64,000 nt of DNA from Cenarchaeum sp. GTDB lineage: Archaea; Thermoproteota; Nitrososphaeria; Nitrososphaerales; Nitrosopumilaceae. The position numbers and the translations under genes were made by a program. The notes below the pieces were generated by a model, which ran no database searches, was not told the DNA's origin, and was given only the letters and a program-made list of their open reading frames with translations. The stretch is taken from the NCBI GenBank assembly GCA_965242695.1, contig CBDESU010000002.1, positions 32,001 through 96,000 of the forward strand, in the 5' to 3' direction. Positions within the stretch are counted from its first letter, which is position 1. Each line of letters starts with the position of its first letter. Positions 29,711 through 39,600 of the stretch are shown here, one piece after another.

Positions 29711-30098
29711 GGGCGGGCCGGGCGGGCGGGCCGTAATATTTCATGGGGTACGGGGCGGCGATGCGGAGCCTGAGGGGCGCGTCCGCTCCCCGCGTCACCC
29801 GCGTCGGGCGGCATCCGCGGCGCGGGCGGCCGCACGTTTTGGCCCGGGCCGCGGCGCGCCAGCGGCGCCCCGCATCAAAGGGCAGGCGCATCTCGCCGGC
29901 AAGCCCCTCCGAACCGCTGTCGCATGCAGGTTCCGAGCGTCCCGTCCCGCGTCCGGCCCGCCTGCAGCACCGCCGATCGCCGGGCTGCGCATGCCTGGGG
30001 GTGGCGGCCCGCAGTCCAAGCCGCCCGTCCGCCGGAAAATCGGGCCGATGCGGCCACCCTACAGGCAATCTTTATCAACCCCCGATCGGCGGGCATGC

Positions 30099-30191
30099 CG
30101 GCGACGGCGGGAGTCGAACCCGCAAGGCACTTGGTTGTGCAAGTGCCGGCGTGGTATCAGCACGCTGGGCTACCGATTGCCCATCGTCGCC
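30099..30191 (-). tRNA. Non-canonical tRNA: anticodon GAU (Ile) with long class II variable arm and G73
   Basis: GGCGACG-AT-GGGC AATCGGTA GCCC-A-GCGTG CTGATAC CACGC-C-GGCACTTG CACAAC CAAGTGCC-TT-GCGGG TTCGACT CCCGC-CGTCGCC-G; all five stems perfectly Watson-Crick paired. Confidence 0.85.
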
Positions 30192-30212
30192 ATTTTTGCC
30201 AACAGCAGATGA

Positions 30213-30240
30213 TTGACATACCTTGCGGCAGGGTATAATA
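30213..30240. promoter_or_regulatory. Putative promoter/operator upstream of the tRNA-like gene
   Basis: Minus strand TATTATA (30240-30234); near-palindrome ATACCTTGC-G-GCAGGGTAT; plus strand reads TTGACA-N15-TATAAT. Confidence 0.4.
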
Positions 30241-30602
30241 CGGCATTTGGCGGGCCGGCGCCGCGCGGCGTGCGCAGCGGGGCGGGAAGGTTGGAGGAGG
30301 ATAATGCTGGCGGGCGGCGAATATCCTGCGCCCGTCGACGGGATGCGCCAGGCCCGCCCCATGCGGCGGCAAGGAGCGTGCCTGCCCAGGCATCCTGCGA
30401 GAGCCCGCCCCCCCCCATCCGCCCGCCCGCCGGCAGCTTGCCGCGGCACAGGGCCCCCGCAGGCGCGCAGGGGGATGCCCGGCGGTCGGCGCTCTGCACG
30501 TGCACGGGGCTGGGACGAGCCGAGCGCTGGCGCGCAGGCGGCACCCCCTTGCACGGCCGCACTGCATGATAGACATAATTGATCAGCGGGCCGCGGCCTG
30601 GC

Positions 30603-31451
30603 ATGGGCGGGCAGGGCGCGGTGGCCGTCGTCACCGGCGCCTCGTCGGGCATCGGCCTAGAGACGGCCCTGCTTCTGTCCGGCTCGGGCTATGCGGTGTA
30701 CGGCTGCTCGAGAAGCCCAGAAAGGATCAAGACGGCCGCGGCCGGCAGGGACGGCGGCGCCGGCATCAAGGCGGTCAAGATGGACGTAGACGACACGACG
30801 AGCGTCAACAGGGCCGTCGCCGGCGTGCTAGGCGAGGCCGACAGGATCGACGCGCTCGTCAACTGCGCAGGGTACGCCCAGATCGGGGCGATCGAGGACA
30901 TGACGATCGGCGAGATGAGGGGCAACATGGACACCAACTTTTTCGGGACCGTACGGGCTACAAAGGCCGTCGTCCCGGCCATGCGCAGGCAGGGGGGCGG
31001 CCGCATAGTCAACGTGAGCGCCGTGGCGGGGCGCACGGGGTTTGCGTTCGGGTCGGCGTACGTGGCCTCAAAGTTCGCCGTCGAGGGGCTGACCGAGTCG
31101 CTGCGGCACGAGCTGAGGCGGTTCGGCATACGGGTGTCGACCGTCGAGCCCGGGGTCGTCAGGACCGCGTTCCACGGCAGGATGGACACGAAGGCCCCAA
31201 AGGGCTCGCCGTACGCGGACATGGTGAAGAATCTGGTCAAGAGATCGGAGCGGCTGTACGCGAACGGGGCCGACCCCAAGGACGTGGCCCGGACCATACT
31301 CGAGGTGCTCGGCGAGGACGATCCGGCCCCGCGCTGCGCGGCAGGCAGGGACGCAAGGGAGCTCTTGGAGGAAAAGGCGAGGAGGACCGACGCGCAATTT
31401 GAAGAGTACGTGCAGGACATCTACGACGACGTCATGAAGCTTGGCGACTAG
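30603..31451 (+). CDS. Short-chain dehydrogenase/reductase (SDR)
   Basis: VTGASSGIG, LVNCAG, YVASK. Confidence 0.92.
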   Translation: MGGQGAVAVVTGASSGIGLETALLLSGSGYAVYGCSRSPERIKTAAAGRDGGAGIKAVKMDVDDTTSVNRAVAGVLGEADRIDALVNCAGYAQIGAIEDMTIGEMRGNMDTNFFGTVRATKAVVPAMRRQGGGRIVNVSAVAGRTGFAFGSAYVASKFAVEGLTESLRHELRRFGIRVSTVEPGVVRTAFHGRMDTKAPKGSPYADMVKNLVKRSERLYANGADPKDVARTILEVLGEDDPAPRCAAGRDARELLEEKARRTDAQFEEYVQDIYDDVMKLGD

Positions 31452-31485
31452 CGTGCGGGCCCCGGCCCGGCGGCCGGCTCTGGCC

Positions 31486-34400
31486 CTACGTCGGCGGCGG
31501 GACGCCGCCCGGATGCTGCTCGTCCTCGGCAGCGGCGCCGGCCGCGGATGTCACCCCTGCAGACTCGGCGAGGTCTGCATCCTTGAGGAACATCGCATGC
31601 GCCTCGGCCGCGTCCAGGCCCGGGTACAGCGAGCGGAGGCGGCCGCCCGACGACGGAACTCGCTCTGCCATCTGTCCGGCATCCGGCGCGGCCCCCAGGA
31701 TGCCGGAGAGCCGCCGGTAGTCCGATCCTAGCGCCTGGAGCGCCATGGTCCGGTCGTACTCTTCGGCGCTGGCAAACTCCGTCATTGTCCCGAACAGGCC
31801 CAGGTAGTACTCGATGCCGAGGCCCGACATGCTCCGCGCCTCGTCAAAGTGCGGCGCGCGGCCGAGCTCCCTCCTCATCCGCCGGTAGTCCCTGAACAGG
31901 GCCGCCTTGGTTACGGTCGTGTCTAGGCGGGACATGCGCCCGATGATCTCGTCGGCCGCCCCCTGGAATAGGCCGTAGCTCCCAAAGCACTCGGCATAGT
32001 CCTCTGAGGTATACACGCCGTCACTGTCGACGTCCGCACGCGACGGAGGCGCCCTCTTTTTCTGGTACAGCGCAAAGTAGGCCTCGTACAGCCTGTCCCC
32101 GAGGGCTGGATCGTCTCGGAGCGAAATGTCCCTCGACTCGAGGTAGGCGGCGTACCCGCCGTGCAGCCGCTCTGCCGCATCCACCGCGCCCTGCGGCGCC
32201 CTGGCCCGGAACTGGCGGGAGGTTGGCGTGTGCCCGTACTCCTTGTCGCGCAGGTAGGCAAACTCGTCGTCGAGTGCGGCCTGCGAGCGCGCCTCGGCGG
32301 CGGAGCGGCGGCCGGCTCCGGCCCTGCCCGCCCTGGCTGTTTCGGCCCTGCCCGCCTCTCCGGCCGCGCCGGCTTTGGCCGTCCCGGCGTCCGCCCCGGC
32401 GCCCCCGGGAGGCGCACCTGCCTCGGCCTCGGCCTGCGGGGCGGCCTCCCCGTCCCCGCCGCCGCCGCCGCCGCCATCCTCGTCCCACCGCTTCCAGTAC
32501 TGGCGGTATATCTTCCAGCCGACCTCCTCTATCGACTCGTCGTGGCCGTAGTCGAGCTGGAAGTTGTCGTCTATGTCGATGATCACGACGTCCCTCGTGC
32601 CGCCGCTCCGGGTTCCGCGCATGCCCCTGCCGATCATCTGCGTGTACAGCAGGGTGCTCCTCACCGGCCGCCCGACGAACACGCAGTCGATGTTGGGCGC
32701 GTCGAATCCCGCCGTCAGGACGCCGTAGTTGCACAGCACCTCTAGGTCGCCCGTGCGGAACCGCTCTATCGCGGCGGCCCGCGACTCGGCGTCCGTGCGA
32801 GAGTCGATGTAGGCGGCCTTGATGCCGTGCAGGGCCTTGAGCAGGACGGCGATAAGCCTAGAGTGCTCCACGCTGCACCCGAAGAAGAGTATCTTCTTGC
32901 GCCCGTATGTCCCGTTCATCTCGCTGATCTTGTCGAGTATGAGGCGGTTTCGGGCAGGCATGTTGCCGATCCCCTTGATCGTATCCAGGCCGAACTCGCC
33001 GAACTGCCTTACGTGGTCCATGTCCCGGGCCGTGAGGCGGATGCCGTCCGACGGGAGCACCCTGTGGTACACGTCGCACAGGATCTTCCTCTTGATCAGC
33101 CGGTGGTAGAGGCGCTTTTGCCTCTCCGGCGCGGCTGCCCCGTCCGCGTCTCCGCCGGCGTCGGCGGGCCTGTCCCTGATCCGCAGGTAGGCCGACGCGC
33201 TGCCCGTGTCCCCCTCGTTGTCCGTCACGGTCAGGGTTATCTTGTACTCGCCCGGGTTGTCGAGCTGCTCTACGATGTTTTTTTGGCCGCCGATGCGCCG
33301 CGCCGCGCGCCCGCCGCCGGCCTCGCCGGGGCCCCGGTACATGTCGATGAACGGCCTCGTCTTCTCTATCGTCCACAGGTACCCGTCGTCGCGTATGTAC
33401 CCGTCGCGGTCGTACGACCGCTCCCCGAGGATGCGGACGGGGTCGCCGGCGTACGCCGACGGCTGGCAGTCGATCAGCGCGTGCGGGCGCTCGTTTCCGC
33501 CCACGCCGCCGCTGCCGTCGTAGTACGGGATGTCGGGGTAGACGACATCGCCGTACCGCCTCTTGAGCTGCGCCTTTTCCTCGGCATCCCCGGTGCCGCG
33601 GAACGGCGTGGCCGTCAGTCCGATCAGCACTATGCCGAGCTCGGATATCTCCTTCTTGCGGTTGTCCCAGTTGAAGTGCATCTTGCGCAGCACGTCCGAG
33701 TAGGACCTCGCCGTCGAGTGGTGCGCCTCGTCGACGACGATGCACGACGTCAGCCCTGCGAGGCGGTCGAGCTGCCCGGGATCCCTCTTGAGGACCTTGT
33801 CGAGCGACTGCATCGTGGCCACGATGACGCCCCTCTCGTCGAGCAGGTCGCTCATTTCCATCGACGGCAGGACTCCGCCCTGCCCCCAGAACCGGTGCAG
33901 GCGCAGCGTCGTGCCCCTCTTGCCGAGCGCCTCGAAGACCTCCCGAAAGCTGCCCACCGCCTGCTCGCACAGCTCTTCGGTCTGCGCCACCCATACGATG
34001 AACTTCGAGTCGGACTGCTGCCTGTTCTCGGACCTCTTGCCGTCGTTGAGCCACTCGACGAGCGTCTCGACGACCATGCGCGTCTTGCCCGATCCCGTCG
34101 GCACCGCGATGAGGCGCCGCTTGATCGGGCGGCCGTCCGCGTCCTTCCGCGTCCCCTCCAGCATGCCCCGCACGAGCAGGCCCGCCGTGTACTGGTAGTC
34201 GTACAGGGGGTTGAGCTGCGAGTGCGGCTCGACGACCTCGGTGGCAGGCGGCCGCTGCACGCGCTCCTTCCTGGCAGTCGACGGCGGCAGGCCGAGCTTT
34301 TCGGCCAGCAGCATGCACCACCTGTCCGACAGGCGCGCCCGGGCCACCTCGCCGAGCGACCGGAACCGGCGGTAGTGCATCTTGTGGGCCGCATCGAACA

Positions 34401-34725
34401 TGCCGGCCTCTTCGATGTCGCCCCTTGCGGCGGCGGCGCGCAGCATGCGCTCGACAAACCTCTGGCGCTTTTCGGGATCGCCGTCTATGTTGCGCAGAAA
34501 GTGCGGCCCGACGCACGTGTAGAGTATCTCGGAGAGGCGCCCGGCATCGCCGATCTCTTCGTGCGCCCCGAGCATCTCGGCCACGGGCGCGCTGACCTCG
34601 CCTAGCACGTCTCGCAGCTCGTCCGGCCCCCACCACTCGGCGAACCTGCGCAGGCATGCCTCCCTCGAGCCCGTGGCGGATGCGCCGCCGGGCGCGGCGC
34701 GGGGGATCTCAACCAGCGCGACCAC
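31486..34725 (-). CDS. SF2 (ResIII/DEAH) helicase with inserted PKD domain and C-terminal helical repeats
   Basis: VPTGSGKT, VVDEAHH, GLTATPFR, GFDAPNID, TQMIGRGMRG; PKD-like SYDRDG..YLWT..PGEYKITLTVTDNEG; repeats like YRRMRRELGRAP..YYLGLFGT. Confidence 0.85.
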   Translation of the reverse strand: MVALVEIPRAAPGGASATGSREACLRRFAEWWGPDELRDVLGEVSAPVAEMLGAHEEIGDAGRLSEILYTCVGPHFLRNIDGDPEKRQRFVERMLRAAAARGDIEEAGMFDAAHKMHYRRFRSLGEVARARLSDRWCMLLAEKLGLPPSTARKERVQRPPATEVVEPHSQLNPLYDYQYTAGLLVRGMLEGTRKDADGRPIKRRLIAVPTGSGKTRMVVETLVEWLNDGKRSENRQQSDSKFIVWVAQTEELCEQAVGSFREVFEALGKRGTTLRLHRFWGQGGVLPSMEMSDLLDERGVIVATMQSLDKVLKRDPGQLDRLAGLTSCIVVDEAHHSTARSYSDVLRKMHFNWDNRKKEISELGIVLIGLTATPFRGTGDAEEKAQLKRRYGDVVYPDIPYYDGSGGVGGNERPHALIDCQPSAYAGDPVRILGERSYDRDGYIRDDGYLWTIEKTRPFIDMYRGPGEAGGGRAARRIGGQKNIVEQLDNPGEYKITLTVTDNEGDTGSASAYLRIRDRPADAGGDADGAAAPERQKRLYHRLIKRKILCDVYHRVLPSDGIRLTARDMDHVRQFGEFGLDTIKGIGNMPARNRLILDKISEMNGTYGRKKILFFGCSVEHSRLIAVLLKALHGIKAAYIDSRTDAESRAAAIERFRTGDLEVLCNYGVLTAGFDAPNIDCVFVGRPVRSTLLYTQMIGRGMRGTRSGGTRDVVIIDIDDNFQLDYGHDESIEEVGWKIYRQYWKRWDEDGGGGGGGDGEAAPQAEAEAGAPPGGAGADAGTAKAGAAGEAGRAETARAGRAGAGRRSAAEARSQAALDDEFAYLRDKEYGHTPTSRQFRARAPQGAVDAAERLHGGYAAYLESRDISLRDDPALGDRLYEAYFALYQKKRAPPSRADVDSDGVYTSEDYAECFGSYGLFQGAADEIIGRMSRLDTTVTKAALFRDYRRMRRELGRAPHFDEARSMSGLGIEYYLGLFGTMTEFASAEEYDRTMALQALGSDYRRLSGILGAAPDAGQMAERVPSSGGRLRSLYPGLDAAEAHAMFLKDADLAESAGVTSAAGAAAEDEQHPGGVPPPT

Positions 34726-34768
34726 CTGCGGGCGCGGCAGGGGAAGCCGTTGCGCCCATGCCGCGCCC

Positions 34769-36622
34769 TCATTCGAGGCCGCTAAAAAAGCCTAGCGAGT
34801 CGTCGGCGACGAGCGCGCGGTCGAGCAGCCAGTTGGCGTTCTCGCAGCTCGTCTCGGGCAGGAGCGCGCAGGCGTAGCACGCCGAGCCGTTGAGCCTCGC
34901 CACGGGCGGCATGCCGGCCTCCCGCTCCTTGAGGGCAGGGTCGTCGTCGGAGCAGAGCGGATCGCCCGAGCACCGCCTCGAGCGGCGCACCGCCGACCTC
35001 AGCGCGTCCCAGAACGCGCCGGGCTCGCCCTGCCTTGCAAGCCCCCCGAGGCTGCCGTCGGACGACGGGCTTGCCGTGTACAGCAGCATGCCGCTGTAGC
35101 CGTCCCCGCAGTAGAGCCGCTCGCGTATGGACGCCTCCGAGTAGCCGGACCCGAGGGCCAGTTCCCTGGCCAGCAGGTGCGATACGGTGTGGATCAGCAT
35201 GTACCTCGGGCTCGCCTCGCTCCGCCTCCACCCGCGCTCGGCCACCCACTGCCCGACCGCCCTGATCGTCGGCGCGCACCGCGCGGCGACGTCGGGCCTG
35301 CCCTCCCACCTGCGCAGCCTCTCCTCGCTCAGCGAGAACAGGATGCCCTCGCCGCGGTTTTCGACTGCGGGATACCACTTCATGTGGTCGCGGGATATAC
35401 GGCAGTAGTGCGTCTCGGCGGCCTCTTCGGTCGAGTACGGGTCGGGCGCGACGCCGCGCGTGAACGACCGGACGACCCTGATCTCGGTGAGGCGCCCGAC
35501 GACCCTGAGCGACGAGAGATACTCCGACGCCTCGGCGCCTAGCGGCGAGCTGGCGATCTCGAGATAGTCGCCCGCCCGGAACGCCTCGTGCGCCGTCAGG
35601 TCGTCGTACTCGATGCGGCGTATGTCCGCCTCGCTGAAGGCCTTTGTGATCCTTGTCCCGCCGGAGGTCGGGCGGTAGCACTCCCGGATGTGATCGGCGA
35701 TCTCGCCGGCGGCGTACCTTTCGCGCAGTCCGGCGAAGAGGGAGTGGCGCTCGGCGACGTCGTCGGCCGGGTTCATGTCCAGCGCGCTGTCGACCTCGGC
35801 CTTGTGCTCGGCGATGAACTGCCGTACCTCGTGGAGCATCCTTGGTATGTACAGCGCCGAGACGGTCGACGGGTAGTAGAGGCTCGTCGAGAGCGTCTGG
35901 ACGCCGCGAGGCCTGCCGGGGCCGTTGCCGCCGGCCGATCCGGCGCACTCGTCGGCCCGGCCGCCGAGCCACGGCGACAGGCCGCTGCAGCGGTCGACTA
36001 TGCCGTCAAGGCCGTCGCGCGAGACGGCCGAGCCGCACGAGCGCGATGCCCCACACGAGTCGCACCTTACGTAGTAGTCTGACAGCGCCGTGCTCCTGCC
36101 CCTGGCCCGCATGCGGAGGACGGGGTGCGGGTCGTCGCATTCCTTCTTCGACTCGCTGTGGGCCCACTCGCGCCACGGAAAGTCGTCGAGGTGGCCCCTC
36201 TCGCACATGACGATGAACCGGGCGGGGTACAGCGAGCTCTTGCACAGGTCGCACCTAAACTCGGCGCGGCCCCTCGGCGGCGCATCCCTGTGCGGCTGGA
36301 GGGCCTTGCACGCGGGGTTTGAGCATACGCCCCACATTGGAAACGACCTGCATGCGACGACCCTTTCCCTATCATCGGCGTACGGCATGCGAAAGTGCGT
36401 CTTGCCTAGCAGGGCCTCGAGGTACGCGTGGTGGATCACCTTGTAGTGCCCGCTGTGCTCGGCCCAGCTGTCGGGGCCCATTATGACGACCGAGTCGTTG
36501 CGCGTCTGCACGAGCGAGCCTGGGCCGAACGACGAGATCAGCTGGCTCGGGCGGATGGTGCCTGCCGGGCTCGCGTATGGATTCTGTGATGCGCCCTGTC
36601 CGCGGCTCGGCATGCCGGCCAT
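34769..36622 (-). CDS. drmB: DISARM DrmB-like DUF1998 protein (copy 2)
   Basis: RPSQLISSFGPGSL, RFIVMCERGHLDDFPW, HTVSHLL, SIRERLY, CSGDPLC..ACYACALLPETSCE; TGATG coupling to drmA. Confidence 0.9.
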   Translation of the reverse strand: MAGMPSRGQGASQNPYASPAGTIRPSQLISSFGPGSLVQTRNDSVVIMGPDSWAEHSGHYKVIHHAYLEALLGKTHFRMPYADDRERVVACRSFPMWGVCSNPACKALQPHRDAPPRGRAEFRCDLCKSSLYPARFIVMCERGHLDDFPWREWAHSESKKECDDPHPVLRMRARGRSTALSDYYVRCDSCGASRSCGSAVSRDGLDGIVDRCSGLSPWLGGRADECAGSAGGNGPGRPRGVQTLSTSLYYPSTVSALYIPRMLHEVRQFIAEHKAEVDSALDMNPADDVAERHSLFAGLRERYAAGEIADHIRECYRPTSGGTRITKAFSEADIRRIEYDDLTAHEAFRAGDYLEIASSPLGAEASEYLSSLRVVGRLTEIRVVRSFTRGVAPDPYSTEEAAETHYCRISRDHMKWYPAVENRGEGILFSLSEERLRRWEGRPDVAARCAPTIRAVGQWVAERGWRRSEASPRYMLIHTVSHLLARELALGSGYSEASIRERLYCGDGYSGMLLYTASPSSDGSLGGLARQGEPGAFWDALRSAVRRSRRCSGDPLCSDDDPALKEREAGMPPVARLNGSACYACALLPETSCENANWLLDRALVADDSLGFFSGLE

Positions 36623-39600
36623 CAGGCGCCGCCCCCTCCGCCGCCGCTGCCGCCGCGCACGTCGTCTAGGTACCACACCGGCACCGGCGGCTCGGCGTCC
36701 CTGAGCGAGTTGGGCACCTCTTCGAGCCCCCTCGATGCATCCTCGCCGGTCGGCCGCATCAGGTACTCTGCATTCTCGGGCTGCCGCGCCAGGCGGTGCC
36801 ACGGCCGGCTGTACCTGAGTGGAAGCCGCCCTGTCGCCGCCTCGTGCCAGACCCCCGCAAGCCGGTCAATGTCCTCCGACGTGCCCACTTCCTGGTCGGG
36901 GTCGACGCTCCTGGCCCTTTCCAGTATAGCGGCGCGGGCCCTCTCGAGCATGCCGGCGACATGCGACTCGGGAGGGGACGCGCGGAACTCGGCGGCTCCG
37001 GAGGCGCCGGCGAGCCTTGTGCCCTCGTGGCGCAGCATGGCCACGAGCACGGCTAGGAGCGCCCTGTCGCGCGAGCGCGACGAGAACGGCGTGACCGTGT
37101 TCGGCTCGACGTTCTTGTGCAGGGTGGAGTGGTAATGCACAAAGTTCTCGTAGTGCGACAGGTCGCGCGGCTTGAGGTAGTTTAGGTTGGCGATGACGAG
37201 GCCCGGCGATGCGCGCCCGATCCGCCCCGTCGCCTGTATGTACTCGGAGTGGTTCTTTGGCTGGCCGTTGACGATCATGACGCCGAGCCGCGGTATGTCG
37301 ACGCCGACGGAGAGCATGTTCGTGCAGAGCAGGACGTCGACGGGCGTCGGCGCGATGCCGGCGCTCCCAGGCTCCCGCGGCCGGCCGGCGCCCTCTACGG
37401 CCGCCTCCAGGCCGCGCAGTATGTCGGGTATGTCGCTCGAGTCGATGCGGCTCGTCAGCTCCTCCTTCATGAGCAGTGCGTCCTTGTACGCCCGCCCGCC
37501 GTCCTTTTTCCCGCCGCCTCCGCCGGCGGCGGCGGCGGCATCCTCCTCAAAGTTGGCGTATATCCTCTGGATGAGGCGCGGAACCGTGTCGTCGTACATC
37601 TTGTTGGCCCCGCCGAGGTCGCGCAGGGTGTTGAAGTAGGCCACGAGGGTGTGGTACGGGTCGAGGTCGCCCGGCGCTAGCTCGCCCCCCTCCTCGAGCG
37701 CGCGCACCTTGCGCAGGACGGCGGCAGACAGCCTGCCGAGCACCGTCGGGCCGCTTCGCGACGTGACGCACATTCCGACGTACGCCCTGCCTGGCTTGAT
37801 CGAGGGGTCGGCCCTTGTCGCAAAGAACGACTCGCCGTAGTCTAGGCCCTGCGGGGGAAACACCCTGCTGTCGCGGCGGTCAAAGACCGCGGCTATCTGC
37901 CCCGACGCCTTCTTGGCCGTGGCGGTCGAGGCTATGATCTTTGGGCGCCCGGCGCTGCCGCCGGAGCACAGCGCGTCCACGGCCGTCTCGTAGATTCCCG
38001 TCAGCGTGCCGAGCGGCCCCGATATCAGGTGCAGCTCGTCCTGTATGACGAGCTCGGGCGGGTCGAGTCGGGCCTGGCCGTGGTCGCCTAGCAGGAATGT
38101 CTCGGCGTTGCCGTGCGCGCCGCAGTCCTTGTCGAGCGCGTCGACAGTAAAGCCGTGCTTTTGGCAGTACTTGTCGACGCGGCCGAGGACGGCGCCGGCC
38201 TCCCACTTCCACGTGAGCTGCGCAAACTTGTCGACCGTCCCTATCACCAGGGACGGGCACCTGCTGTAGATGTCGTCGTCGACGACGAGGACGGGCAGGT
38301 TGGACTCGTAGCCGGCGCCCGGCTTGTCGGAGAATTCGCAGTACTTGTTCGGGCAGTACACGCGGCACTGCTCGGGCCTGCCCGACACGCGGTAGTCGCG
38401 TGCTGTAATCTCCTTGCCGCACCAGGGGCACTCGATGATCTGCACGGGGTTCTCGCCGCGCCTCGGCCGGCCGGCCCTCGCCTCCTCGATCGCCTCCCGG
38501 GCGCTCTGGAGGCGGTTGGGCGTCGCGCCAGACCCGACCCACAGCCCGACAAGGAACGGCTCGTCGCCCCACTTTGCCGGGGTGCGGCGCCGCACGGACT
38601 CGCATGCGCACATGAGGGCCGCGGCCCTGTGGAACTGTTGCAGCGTGAGCAGGCGGAGGGTGTACCGCATGACGACGGCCGTGCCGTAGCGGAGGTGGTT
38701 GGCATCGTGGGAGCGCAGGCGCCGGTGCGCCAGCGTAAAGGCGATCAGGCCGAGGTACGCCTCCGTCTTGCCCCCGCCGGTGGGAAACCACAGCAGGTCG
38801 GCGGTGCGGCGGCCCTCCGAGGACGGATCCGTGATCGACTCTATGTTGAGGAGGAAGAAGGCGAGCTGGAACATGTGCCACCTGCACTCGCAGGGGCCCG
38901 GCTCGTAGGCAGGCGCCTGGAGGCCGGCTCGCTTGTCTCGTATCCACCGGGCGTGCGACATCTGCAGGTACATGGCCCTGTTGGCGAACGAAAAGGCGTC
39001 GGCCGCCGCCTCATCGGTCGAGACGATCTCGATGCCGCGCCGGATGCGCCGCAGTGCGCGCCGGCACTCGGCTGCCTGTCGGTTGGCGGCCGCCCTGTGG
39101 CGGGCCGGCATCCGTGCCGCGCGCGGCTCCAGATCGCCGGCTATCCAGGCCTCGTACTCGTCGGCGAGCGGCGAGAGGAGGGCGGCATAGTCAGCCGCCT
39201 TTGCCTCGTACAGCGTCCTCATGTCCAGGTATGCGGCATCGGAGGGGCGGGGTCCGACGTGGGGCACGTCGTACCGCGGCACAAAGGTCGTCTCTAGGGA
39301 CGAGACGGCGCCGTGCTCGGCCGCCTCTTTTTCGTCCCACACTACGGCGCAGCAGTGGCCGGCCGCCACATGGACTTTGTCACGGAACATCATCTCAAAG
39401 AGGGCGTGGTCGGGGTCGACCTGGTCGCCGTCCGGCGGCGGCGCGGCGGCGGCGCCGACGAATATACGCGCATTCCCGCCTGCGGCGCCGTCCGGCGGCA
39501 GCAGCGTTATTCGCGGTTGGAAGGCGCACCGCGAGACGCCCGGCGGCGCAACCGCGAGGTGGATGTTCGTGTTTACCACGAACACGCGCAGGGCCGGGCC

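Noticed and set aside
30125-30148. Variable arm as a tRNA intron
   Set aside because: Uninterrupted 8-bp hairpin with no bulge-helix-bulge geometry; not fully excluded without RNA data.
30099-30191. tRNA-Sec, tRNA-Pyl or initiator tRNA
   Set aside because: Anticodon is GAU, fold is 7/5 with a 4-bp D stem, and the three consecutive anticodon-stem G-C pairs of initiators are absent.
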